Of a DNA stretch of 31,242 nucleotides, positions 1 through 7,426 are shown piece after piece. This DNA is from a virus (lineage: Duplodnaviria > Caudoviricetes), in IMG/VR virus record IMGVR_UViG_3300005931_000055, positions 1 to 31,242 of that record. One strand, given 5' to 3'. The position numbers were made by a program, and so were the translations under genes. Every line of letters begins with the position of its first letter. Within the stretch, counting starts at the first letter, position 1. The notes beneath the pieces were generated by a model, which saw nothing but the letters and a program-made list of their open reading frames with translations, was not told the origin of the DNA and ran no database searches.

Positions 1-572
1 GTATGTTCTTTGCTAATAAAGCCTGACATTAATACCCCAGTTCTTACACTTTCATAATTAAGCTCTAGGTTTGTGCATATTTCATTTATTATATTGAAGT
101 AATTCACCTTAACAGCTCCAAAAACATTATGAGCATACTTGATTAATTCAGCCTCTTTGTTTGAAACTATTAGGACTTCTTTGTCTGGAAACAAATCATC
201 TAGAAGTCTAGTGTCTTTACATCCTGTTATAATTGGAAGTCGAAACATTTCATCTACTGCTTTTCTCTCAGTTAGAAACTCAGGCATTGAGTGCAAACCG
301 TATTGGTCGGCTGTACCTGGTAAGGCAGTAGATCTTAAAAATACAGGAGTTTGTTTTGAAAACCTTGAAATGGATACTTCTAGAATACTGTAATCTAATT
401 TAAAGTTCTTTGTTGGTATCGGTACACAGATAAAGCCAACGTCACATAGGTGTAAATCATCTAAGTGACTTAATCTTGGATCATACAAACTAAGAACATG
501 GTCGCTTGTTTGTTCAAAGTACTCTTTTAATGCGCCGCCGCATACACCTACGCCTACTATTCCAATGTTCAA
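1..572 (-). CDS. UDP-glucose/GDP-mannose dehydrogenase family protein (3' truncated by window edge; absent from ORF track)
   Basis: Manual translation from TTG at 572 (overlaps upstream TGA as TTGA): MNIGIVGVGVCGGAL (Rossmann GxGxxG), FICVPIP, LRSTALPGT, MPEFLTE, EAELIKYAHNVFGAVKVNYFN; frame open to base 1. Confidence 0.9.
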   Translation of the reverse strand, partial: MNIGIVGVGVCGGALKEYFEQTSDHVLSLYDPRLSHLDDLHLCDVGFICVPIPTKNFKLDYSILEVSISRFSKQTPVFLRSTALPGTADQYGLHSMPEFLTERKAVDEMFRLPIITGCKDTRLLDDLFPDKEVLIVSNKEAELIKYAHNVFGAVKVNYFNIINEICTNLELNYESVRTGVLMSGFISKEH

Positions 573-766
573 ATGTTTCTCCAGGTTTTATAATTAACAA
601 TTCTGCATATGTTTGTATGAGTTGTTCCATACTGTTTTGCTATTTTTCCCTGAGTCATGGTTTTAGTTTTGTATAAAAACCTAATCTCTAAGACTTGCTT
701 GTTAGTAAGAAACGCTCTTGAACTTAATTCTCCAGAGGTATCTGGTTTCTTTATTGAGAAGCCCAT
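569..766 (-). CDS. Small HTH DNA-binding protein resembling the C-terminal HTH of phage HNH endonucleases
   Basis: GELSSRAFLTNKQVLEIR...TQGKIAKQYGTTHTNICRIVNYKTWRNI fits the GE..AKLT..QV.EIR...IA..YG....I..IV..KTW pattern; no nuclease domain; overlaps both neighbours. Confidence 0.65.
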   Translation of the reverse strand: MGFSIKKPDTSGELSSRAFLTNKQVLEIRFLYKTKTMTQGKIAKQYGTTHTNICRIVNYKTWRNI

Positions 767-1530
767 TTTAAAATCCCCTCTTCAAAACTAACCTTTGGTT
801 CACAAATCCATTTGTCCTTATCTGACAAAGAATGCTGAATGTCGCCTTGTCTTGGCTCTAGTAGTTTTGTCATGTCATGATTTTCATTAAAGTATTTCTT
901 TATAGTTTGATAACACTTTTCAAGACTAATGCTCTCACCACTGCCAACTTCAAAGTGTCCTACCTTGCTAGATGATATCGCTACTCTATTAGCTTCAATA
1001 ATATTTTCTATGTAAGTAAAGTCCCTTGATATATTCCATGATCCATTACAACTAAGCTCTTCATTTGCAATAACTGCTTTCACCCATACTGGAATTACAG
1101 CTCTTAAGGGTTGAGTAGGACCGAATACATTAAAGTAAGTTAGTATTGCATGTGGAATACCACAGTCTTTAATTATGTTTTCTGCCATTAGTTTACTTTT
1201 CCCATAAGGACTCTCGCCCTTAGTCGAGCTACTACTAGCAAAAACGAATTTTTTTACATCGTACTTCTTTGCACTAGTTAGTAGGTTTATAGTGCCGTTT
1301 ACATTTGTTTGATAAGTCTTTTCAATCCTACCGTAACTATCGGGTACACTTGTTAGAGCTGCGTGGTGACAAATTACATCGGGCTTATATTTAGCAATGT
1401 ATTCGTCAACTATCTTAGGGTTTCTAATATCGTCGGGGAAATCCATTCCTATTAATTCGTACTCTGATTTAAAGGAGTGCATTAAACATTTTCCAATGAA
1501 ACCGTCGGAGCCTGTTATTAGGACCTTCAC
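751..1530 (-). CDS. NAD-dependent nucleotide-sugar epimerase/dehydratase (extended SDR)
   Basis: VLITGSDGFIG, HHAA, FVFASSS, YGKSK (YxxxK), YFNVFGP, RDFTYI, RQGDI. Confidence 0.93.
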   Translation of the reverse strand: MKVLITGSDGFIGKCLMHSFKSEYELIGMDFPDDIRNPKIVDEYIAKYKPDVICHHAALTSVPDSYGRIEKTYQTNVNGTINLLTSAKKYDVKKFVFASSSSTKGESPYGKSKLMAENIIKDCGIPHAILTYFNVFGPTQPLRAVIPVWVKAVIANEELSCNGSWNISRDFTYIENIIEANRVAISSSKVGHFEVGSGESISLEKCYQTIKKYFNENHDMTKLLEPRQGDIQHSLSDKDKWICEPKVSFEEGILKWASQ

Positions 1531-1730
1531 AGTTGAGCCTCTTCAAACTCTTCTAGTAGTTCAAAGACTCTACCTTTTTCGAATTTGTTTTTTAGGTTGC
1601 TAGACTCTTTTTTAATTGTTTTATAAAGAGCCCGTTCCATGATGGCTACTTGTGACGACTTTTCAAATGATGCCATAAGTTCAAGTGCCTCTGCTAATGA
1701 TTCATTGATACTAAAGAATTTTGCTTTCAT
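1527..1730 (-). CDS. Small putative ribbon-helix-helix-like regulator (ATG 1730 preferred over TTG 1748)
   Basis: MKAKFFSINESLAEALELMASFEKSSQVAIMERAL has a strand-helix-helix pattern; GTGA overlap with the epimerase start. Confidence 0.45.
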   Translation of the reverse strand: MKAKFFSINESLAEALELMASFEKSSQVAIMERALYKTIKKESSNLKNKFEKGRVFELLEEFEEAQL

Positions 1731-1736
1731 AACGAA

Positions 1737-1764
1737 ACCATATTTCAATATGCTTATATTTCAA
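1737..1764 (-). promoter_or_regulatory. Putative sigma70 promoter (TTGAAA-16-TATGGT) with tandem TTGAAATAT repeat, 6 nt from ATG 1730
   Basis: Hexamers at 1764-1759 and 1742-1737; no Shine-Dalgarno before the ATG. Confidence 0.4.
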
Positions 1765-1774
1765 GGTTTTTCTA

Positions 1775-2194
1775 TTAGTCTTGTTCAAATTCATACAACC
1801 ATAGCTCAACTGCATATTCCTTTGAGCCGTATATTCTACGAGACTTATCATAGCTTTCTATTAACTTATCGTTTTGAATAATGTTTGTAGATTCTAAACA
1901 GTCCTCTACACCTTGAATAAGGTTAGTTAAATCTATAACGCGCTTAGTTCTTTTACCCTTCTTTGTATCTGGATAATGGAAATGTACTTTTAAGTGCAAG
2001 GCCTGTTCAAATGGCTCTTTTATTTTCTGCAAGATTCGCTCTTGTTTTAATACGTACTCTAGTCGGTTGAGCTTTTCTTTTTCTTTACTCTCTTGAGCTA
2101 TAAACATTTTGCCATTTCGTTTATTAAACCTAATAGTTTTTCTATTCTTCTTTGAACTATGAGACTCGACCTTTATGTAGGTATGAAACAACAT
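1775..2194 (-). CDS. rusA: RusA-family Holliday junction resolvase
   Basis: SKKNRK N-terminus, DLTNLIQGVEDCL and IIQNDKLI resemble the RusA DxDNxxKxxxDAL...DD motifs (some substitutions). Confidence 0.75.
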   Translation of the reverse strand: MLFHTYIKVESHSSKKNRKTIRFNKRNGKMFIAQESKEKEKLNRLEYVLKQERILQKIKEPFEQALHLKVHFHYPDTKKGKRTKRVIDLTNLIQGVEDCLESTNIIQNDKLIESYDKSRRIYGSKEYAVELWLYEFEQD

Positions 2195-2280
2195 TAAAAA
2201 AACATATGTATAAAGTTAGTTAGAACATAAAAGGTGAGCCAAAATCCTATTGTTTGGAATATAAATATAACCAAGGTCAT
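2194..2280 (-). CDS. 28-aa hydrophobic peptide MTLVIFIFQTIGFWLTFYVLTNFIHMFF
   Basis: Exactly fills the gap with TAATG stop/start overlaps at both ends (2282-2278 and 2196-2192); one TM-like helix. Confidence 0.6.
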   Translation of the reverse strand: MTLVIFIFQTIGFWLTFYVLTNFIHMFF

Positions 2281-2681
2281 TATTCGTTCTCCATATCTCT
2301 GTATTCTTTAAGGGCTTGTTTAAGCTCGCATTGAGATACATGACCATCACCTGCTTTGCTCTCACAATATCCACAAATAAAGTTGTCTCCAAAAGCTTTG
2401 TCTATTGCTTGCGCAGCCTCAGCAAGTTTATCAGCCTTTGCTTTTAATTCGTCATTCTCATTTTTAAGTATACAAACGTGCACATATTCTGCACCTAAAG
2501 AATCATTTTCATTTGGCTTATCTGCTATGATAGCTTTTAGTTTAATTATTTCAGTTTCAAAATATTCCCTAGCCCAGTTGGCGCCATCATTAAAACATTC
2601 AATACAATATCCAATGCTATTGTCGTATCTTAAAACTTCTTCTTCTGATCTTTCATCTCTTGCTTTCTCGAAATCAGTCAT
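2280..2681 (-). CDS. Hypothetical modular phage protein (coiled coil, CGYC...H..QC possible Zn site)
   Basis: 133-aa ORF with GGAG SD; shares DELKAKA segment with 3592..3933. Confidence 0.7.
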   Translation of the reverse strand: MTDFEKARDERSEEEVLRYDNSIGYCIECFNDGANWAREYFETEIIKLKAIIADKPNENDSLGAEYVHVCILKNENDELKAKADKLAEAAQAIDKAFGDNFICGYCESKAGDGHVSQCELKQALKEYRDMENE

Positions 2682-2743
2682 TTGTATTTCTCCGCTATTT
2701 ATTTTAGCTTAGACTCTAAAGAATCAGTCATCAGTTACCCCGT
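2682..2743. repeat. 62-bp direct repeat, copy A (58/62 identical to 3550..3611)
   Basis: ttgtatttctccgctatttattttagcttagactctaaagaatcagtcatcagttaccccgt aligned by eye with 3550..3611; 4 mismatches. Confidence 0.95.
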
Positions 2744-3110
2744 AACCGTAACCGTAACTGGAACCGGAACTGGAACCGTCACCGGAACCGGAACCGTCAC
2801 CGGAACCGTAACCGTAACCGGAACCGGAACTGGAACCGTCACCGTCACCGGAACCGTAACCGTAACTGGAACCGGAACCGTCACCGGAACCGTAACCGTC
2901 ACCGGAACTGGAACCGTAACCGTAACCGTAACCGTAACCGGAACCGTAACCGTCACCGGAACCGTAACCGTAACTGGAACCGTCACCGTCACCGGAACCG
3001 TAACCGTAACCGGAACTGGAACCGTAACCGTAACCGTAACCGTAACCGGAACTGGAACCGTCACCGGAACCGTAACTGGAACCTTTAAAGTTTTTAATTA
3101 TTTTTTCCAT
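2724..3110 (-). CDS. Gly/Ser/Tyr/Asp low-complexity protein (GYG/GSG/GDG repeats)
   Basis: ATG overlaps the end of the DUF6948-like gene; same strand as neighbours; such GxG proteins commonly follow this gene in phages. Confidence 0.75.
   Translation of the reverse strand: MEKIIKNFKGSSYGSGDGSSSGYGYGYGYGSSSGYGYGSGDGDGSSYGYGSGDGYGSGYGYGYGYGSSSGDGYGSGDGSGSSYGYGSGDGDGSSSGSGYGYGSGDGSGSGDGSSSGSSYGYGYGVTDD
2742..3083 (-). repeat. Degenerate hexanucleotide tandem array (GGTTAC/GGTGAC/GGTTCC/AGTTCC/AGTTAC)
   Basis: Directly visible 6-bp periodicity over about 340 bp. Confidence 0.97.
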
Positions 3111-3478
3111 ACAGTCGCTTCTTTAAATAACTTTACAACACTATCAGGCATTGGAATAATCTCAATAACCTCACTTAAAAATAATTCAGGAATCTCCATT
3201 GCTATTTTGCATTCAGAAAAATTACCCGAACCTTCCATTGCTAATTGGCTTAAACTACATGCCTTAGTCCAATAGAATATGCGTCTAGAGTTTTTAACTA
3301 AACACTCCTTACCGTCTCTTTCTGCCAACTCACCATAGTGTACGCCTGCAGAATATGTTCTAAACATACATACTTTGCCGATCATACCTGATGCCACCTG
3401 TTCTTGATTTGTTTGCTTAGGCGCATCTAAACCTAATAAACTTAACATCATAGCTTGTTTTGTTTCCTCATTAATCAT
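3098..3478 (-). CDS. DUF6948-like conserved phage protein
   Basis: IGKVCMFRTYSAGVHYGEL...NSRRIFYW...SLSQLAMEG...EVIEIIP signature; GGAGG SD. Confidence 0.8.
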   Translation of the reverse strand: MINEETKQAMMLSLLGLDAPKQTNQEQVASGMIGKVCMFRTYSAGVHYGELAERDGKECLVKNSRRIFYWTKACSLSQLAMEGSGNFSECKIAMEIPELFLSEVIEIIPMPDSVVKLFKEATVWKK

Positions 3479-3516
3479 TTATATTCCTCCGCTATTTCTT
3501 TTAGCTTAGACTCTAA
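3479..3516. repeat. 38-bp direct repeat, copy B (identical to 3550..3587)
   Basis: ttatattcctccgctatttcttttagcttagactctaa present at 3479 and 3550. Confidence 0.95.
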
Positions 3517-3550
3517 TAGAATATGCGTCTAGAGTTTTTAACTAAACACT
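3515..3550. repeat. 36-bp exact copy of 3271..3306 (internal to the DUF6948-like gene)
   Basis: aatagaatatgcgtctagagtttttaactaaacact at both positions, same orientation. Confidence 0.95.
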
Positions 3551-3611
3551 TATATTCCTCCGCTATTTCTTTTAGCTTAGACTCTAAAGAATCAGTCATT
3601 AGTTACCCCGT
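3550..3611. repeat. 62-bp direct repeat, copy C
   Basis: See copy A; contains the GVT(N/D)D-stop gene end and a GGAGG SD on the minus strand. Confidence 0.95.
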
Positions 3612-3933
3612 TCGCTCTGACTACTTGATCTATACGCCACAACTCCTCATCTATTTTATGATGATTGAACGCTTTAAGTTGCACCAACACCTCAGTCAAG
3701 GCCACGGCCTTTGCTTTTAATTCGTCGTAGGCTGAGTACTCTATTACGTGCGTATATTTTTTATTAGTTGGCTCGGCACCTGAAACATCCCAGTCTACAC
3801 AACTCATTTTGTAAACCCAAAACTCCTTTGGATTGCTAACAACTTTCTCCAATGGCTCATTCCTATAAGACCTGCATGCTGGGCAATCTTCAAAGTGGCT
3901 TTCATGGCCGTGAATATCGCATTGGTATTTCAT
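3592..3933 (-). CDS. Hypothetical modular phage protein (N-terminal CxxH...CxxC)
   Basis: 113-aa ORF, ATGA overlap with upstream gene; KEFWVY and YTHVIEYSAYDELKAK segments. Confidence 0.7.
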   Translation of the reverse strand: MKYQCDIHGHESHFEDCPACRSYRNEPLEKVVSNPKEFWVYKMSCVDWDVSGAEPTNKKYTHVIEYSAYDELKAKAVALTEVLVQLKAFNHHKIDEELWRIDQVVRANGVTND

Positions 3934-4139
3934 ATTTTACCTTCAATTAATAAATGTTCGGGCGCATCAAAAAGCCTATCATATTCAGCTTTTAATGTAT
4001 CAAGCATCGGAAACTCTAAAAAAATCTCGTTACCCTCTTGAGTATAAAGCTTTATATCATAAGGACTAAACTCAGCATAAACGCCATCACCTACATATGT
4101 TTTACTTAAAATTTCTTTACTCATAAATCCCTTTTCCAC
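3930..4139 (-). CDS. Hypothetical phage protein
   Basis: YVGDGVYAEF...EIFLE motif recurs in small phage proteins; chained overlaps. Confidence 0.65.
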   Translation of the reverse strand: MEKGFMSKEILSKTYVGDGVYAEFSPYDIKLYTQEGNEIFLEFPMLDTLKAEYDRLFDAPEHLLIEGKI

Positions 4140-4354
4140 TCCTTATAATCGTCGATCCAAACTTCTTTACCGCTCGGATATTTAAAAGTTTCTTCATTAG
4201 TAAACGGACCTGTTTGTTCCATTGTACCGTTCGGTCCTGTCTTAATGTTTGAGCCCTCTTTTATAGATCCAAGCGGCTCTCTTGAATCAAAAGTCTTGTT
4301 TGTTTTTAGATCTGTAAACTTAATCCAAGACATTATAATAATTCGTTTCTTCAA
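4121..4354 (-). CDS. Hypothetical protein (true start perhaps MSWIKF at 4333)
   Basis: ORF in tightly packed minus-strand operon. Confidence 0.55.
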   Translation of the reverse strand: MKKRIIIMSWIKFTDLKTNKTFDSREPLGSIKEGSNIKTGPNGTMEQTGPFTNEETFKYPSGKEVWIDDYKEWKRDL

Positions 4355-4532
4355 TTATTTTTTTATCTACAATCTTTGTTAGTCTCTTAGCCATCTTACT
4401 AGTTTCAACTTCAAGCTCTTGCTCGTCTTCAATCTGTTTAGATATTCTAATGCCCTCTTTAAAGCCGTCAAAGAAAGCTGTAGCACTGTCATAAACATTT
4501 TGTGATTCAGATAGTTGTTTCAATTTACTCAT
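4320..4532 (-). CDS. Hypothetical protein
   Basis: 70-aa ORF with AGGAG SD directly after the RecT-like gene. Confidence 0.65.
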   Translation of the reverse strand: MSKLKQLSESQNVYDSATAFFDGFKEGIRISKQIEDEQELEVETSKMAKRLTKIVDKKIIEETNYYNVLD

Positions 4533-4547
4533 AGCGGGTACTCCTAT

Positions 4548-5480
4548 TTAGAATGGAATGCTCTCCATTTTGCCTATAAATTCTTTTCCTTTTTTATAAT
4601 CAATCCCGTTGGTGTAGCCTTGCTCCTCCATATAGAGGAGCCAAGATATTAGTTTTTCAGATTCAACTTCTTGAATGTCCATGCCTGCAAATTGACCTTT
4701 AGTTACAATATGAAAAATATTACTGTCTTCGTTTTCTGGTATTAAAGGCGGCTCGCCTGGCATTGGGATTTCTTCTTTAACTACAACCGTATCTGGCAAA
4801 TTAACTATAGCTGAATCTCCTGGAGCTAATCCCGAAAACGTGGTTGTTTGTGAAATAATTTGTCCAGAGAGTTTTTTGGTTAGTTCTATTTGCTCCTCTG
4901 CAAAAGAGGAATCACCATATTCAGCTACTTCTTTTTCATCACTGACAATATCAGTTGGCTCTTCGCCTAACTCTTCAGGTGTATAACTACATCCCATAAT
5001 AGCGTCAGGGAATATGGCTCTTGCTACCTCACTAATACATCTAGATCTAAGCATTGCTCTTGGGTATTGCTTCCAAGTATTGCTTCTAGCTATTCCTGCC
5101 GTTTCAGCATCTTGCATTGTAAAAGAGAAATCAGTAAAACGTTTGCCGTCTCTTGATGCTTCTACAATACACTCTAGACTTGTTAGCTTTTTAAAATGAA
5201 CTACTGCGCCTTTTACATTCTTATAGATTAGAGCCAGCATTAACTCTGAAGAAATCGAGGGCTTACCTTTAATGATATGAATATGACTAAAAGCCTGCAT
5301 CATTGGAACGCCTAGCTCCCTACCCTTCATTGCAATAACTGTAGCCTTTGCTAAGGACTCTTGAGGGGATCCCTTATAAGTATCTGGTAGTAATTGAGAT
5401 ATAACAGCAAGCTTGGCTTGTCGCTGCATTGTTTCAAATTCATTTTTATCTGGGTTTAAAGACAGTGCTTTTGTTTTCAT
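4548..5480 (-). CDS. recT: RecT/Redbeta-like single-strand annealing protein
   Basis: GRELGVPMMQAFSHIHIIKGKP, WKQYPRAMLRSR, FPDAIMG.YTPEE; acidic tail ending IPF; GAGG SD. Confidence 0.8.
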   Translation of the reverse strand: MKTKALSLNPDKNEFETMQRQAKLAVISQLLPDTYKGSPQESLAKATVIAMKGRELGVPMMQAFSHIHIIKGKPSISSELMLALIYKNVKGAVVHFKKLTSLECIVEASRDGKRFTDFSFTMQDAETAGIARSNTWKQYPRAMLRSRCISEVARAIFPDAIMGCSYTPEELGEEPTDIVSDEKEVAEYGDSSFAEEQIELTKKLSGQIISQTTTFSGLAPGDSAIVNLPDTVVVKEEIPMPGEPPLIPENEDSNIFHIVTKGQFAGMDIQEVESEKLISWLLYMEEQGYTNGIDYKKGKEFIGKMESIPF

Positions 5481-5504
5481 TTGACCTCACTTTGTTTACT
5501 TAGC

Positions 5505-5533
5505 AGCATATAACTATCACAAGATTGGTACAA
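5505..5533 (-). promoter_or_regulatory. Putative sigma70 promoter for the recT operon (TTGTAC-17-TATGCT)
   Basis: Hexamers at 5533-5528 and 5510-5505, 24 nt upstream of ATG 5480. Confidence 0.55.
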
Positions 5534-5542
5534 TTAAAAGCT

Positions 5543-5578
5543 AAAAAAATAGCCTCAATATTTCTATTAAAGCTATCT
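5543..5578 (-). terminator. Intrinsic terminator
   Basis: Minus strand ATAGCTTTAATA-GAAA-TATTGAGGCTAT (12-bp stem with GU pairs) followed by a T run. Confidence 0.7.
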
Positions 5579-5675
5579 TAGACCGCTAAGTAAACTAAAG
5601 TTTTTTGTATTCGAACCTTAATTTTAACACAAATCCATAAAAAGAAGGAAACACAAATGAACAATCGCTTACCTA

Positions 5676-5912
5676 TTATATAAGCTTAATGTTTTTATCT
5701 TGCAATAGTTTAATCATGTCCTCGTTTGTCATATGTTTACATAACTCAACTAAATCTTTTGCATACGCTTGTGTAAAATATGCCAAAACTAAAGCAGGGC
5801 TTAAGTCCTTTGCTCTCAATTCAGCCCTATCAGGTCCTAGTATGTTTAATTTAATTTCTATATTGCCATTATCTGAATCATCTATAACCAGGTTAGTCTT
5901 ATATTTCTTCAT
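5676..5912 (-). CDS. Hypothetical protein, apparently monocistronic
   Basis: 78-aa ORF between two terminators, preceded by TTGCTT-16-TAAAGT 6 nt from the ATG. Confidence 0.6.
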   Translation of the reverse strand: MKKYKTNLVIDDSDNGNIEIKLNILGPDRAELRAKDLSPALVLAYFTQAYAKDLVELCKHMTNEDMIKLLQDKNIKLI

Positions 5913-5944
5913 ATCTAGACTTTACATCATGCAAGGTATTAAGC

Positions 5945-5977
5945 AAAAAAAAACCTCGTTGCATAACGAGGCTTTTT
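5945..5977. terminator. Probable bidirectional intrinsic terminator
   Basis: A9-CCTCGTT-GCAT-AACGAGG-CTTTTT. Confidence 0.75.
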
Positions 5978-6413
5978 AAATTATCGTCTTAATGGTTGAG
6001 CATCAAGAAGATAAGGAAAATATAACCCTAAAACACCATACATCACAAGTGTTTTATTAATTTTCTTATCTTAAGCTCAACAAACATTCATTTAAGAGGG
6101 CGGTAGTAGCCAAACACTCTATAAACTGGGCGGTAATAGCTGTATTTAAAACTGCTAATTTCTGGACTGTGAAAAGCTGTAATAGGTAGGGCACTAGTCT
6201 GGGAATGAAAACAACATTGACTAGGCAACATAAAGAAATGCACCTAGAATTTGTTATAAAGGCAAAACAGGCTTTTTACCTTAGACCATAATTGATTGTG
6301 ATTTAAGTTAAGACGGTCCTGCGAGTTTGAGTAACAAAGCTTTATCCTCTCAGGAGTCTCTATTTAATAGGTAGGGGATGTGTCTTCTATTGCCTAAACC
6401 ATAAAGGAATGAA

Positions 6414-6797
6414 ATGAAAAAAAAAGAAGCAACAATTGCACACAAGAACTTTTACAAATCAGTACAAAATACATTTAACAAGCAATGGGAATTCATCAAA
6501 GTTTATAACGATACAACTAGAAGCAATAGCTATGCTTTAAAGTTGAATATAAAATGTGATGATGAAACCTTTTGTAATGCTAATAAGACAAGACAGTTGT
6601 TGTTAGATATTGCTAGTGAGTTAAACGTTGTTAAAGAAATGCAGATTACAAATAACAAATTAAGTCTTGAGGTTGAAAGTTACATTGATCTTAAGTTATT
6701 AATTAAAGACCTTGAACTTGCTACATTCCATACAGATATTAAACATGTGAATTGGATTGATTTAAAGCAGCGTATTAATAGAGCATTAGAAGAATGA
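6414..6797 (+). CDS. Hypothetical protein
   Basis: 127-aa ORF with AAGGA SD; ATGA overlap with the YqaJ-like gene. Confidence 0.7.
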   Translation: MKKKEATIAHKNFYKSVQNTFNKQWEFIKVYNDTTRSNSYALKLNIKCDDETFCNANKTRQLLLDIASELNVVKEMQITNNKLSLEVESYIDLKLLIKDLELATFHTDIKHVNWIDLKQRINRALEE

Positions 6798-7372
6798 AAG
6801 TAATCGACTTAGAACAAAACTCAGCCCCCTGGTTTGACTGGCGACTCAAAGGGATAGGAAGCTCAGACTCTCCTATTATAATGGGCCACAGTGAATACAT
6901 GGGTCCAGGTCAGCTTTATAATATCAAGATGCAAAGAACTGTTTACGATACTAAAAGTAACTACATTCAAAGCATGGGTCATAAGTTTGAAATCAAAGCT
7001 AGGGATCTTGTAAACGGACAGTATCGAAAAGGCTTTAACGCGCTTTGTTGTGAGCATGATTCTTTGAGTTATATTCAAGCCTCTCTTGATGGCTACAGTA
7101 AAGGTGAGGCTATAGAAACTAAGCTTGTTTCTAAGGCATATTATTATGAAACATTAAGAACTAAGAAAACTAAGTTTGCTCATTACATTCAAATGCAACA
7201 CCAAATGTATGTTACTGGTCTAGATTCTATGGGCTATGTTACTTATATTTTGACAGACAATAAATTATCAATTGCTAAACTCTCAGTGCTAAAGATACTT
7301 AGAAATAATAAATTCATTAAGACTGAAATGTTACCAGCAATCCAATGTTTTTATGAAAGCTTAAAGCCATAG
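6794..7372 (+). CDS. YqaJ-like (lambda exonuclease family) recombination nuclease
   Basis: QNSAPWFDWRLKGIGSSD, GHKFE, ASLDG...IETK, YIQMQHQM. Confidence 0.92.
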   Translation: MKVIDLEQNSAPWFDWRLKGIGSSDSPIIMGHSEYMGPGQLYNIKMQRTVYDTKSNYIQSMGHKFEIKARDLVNGQYRKGFNALCCEHDSLSYIQASLDGYSKGEAIETKLVSKAYYYETLRTKKTKFAHYIQMQHQMYVTGLDSMGYVTYILTDNKLSIAKLSVLKILRNNKFIKTEMLPAIQCFYESLKP

Positions 7373-7426
7373 GAATAGCCTTCCTTAGCACTTCCCATAG
7401 CACGTACGTTGCTCTAACATAGCACC

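Noticed and set aside
139-393. 84-aa plus-strand ORF
   Set aside because: Antisense shadow of the dehydrogenase
2724-3110. RiPP precursor for the radical SAM/SPASM enzyme
   Set aside because: 10 kb away in a different operon; the radical SAM lacks an N-terminal RRE and sits with sugar enzymes
2682-3275. Thr/Val/Gly (+) and Thr/Val/Pro (2735..3064, -) repeat ORFs
   Set aside because: Alternative frames of the stop-free hexamer array; the Gly-rich minus frame has the coupled ATG and fits the operon
3479-3587. Bona fide CRISPR array
   Set aside because: Only two full repeats, no cas genes, no typical repeat termini; the repeat includes an RBS and is part of a longer 62-bp gene-junction duplication. 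Kept only as a structural finding.
5978-6413. tRNA or a named ncRNA; 28-aa ORF MKTTLTRQH
   Set aside because: No cloverleaf or recognisable family motif; the mini-ORF has no supporting evidence
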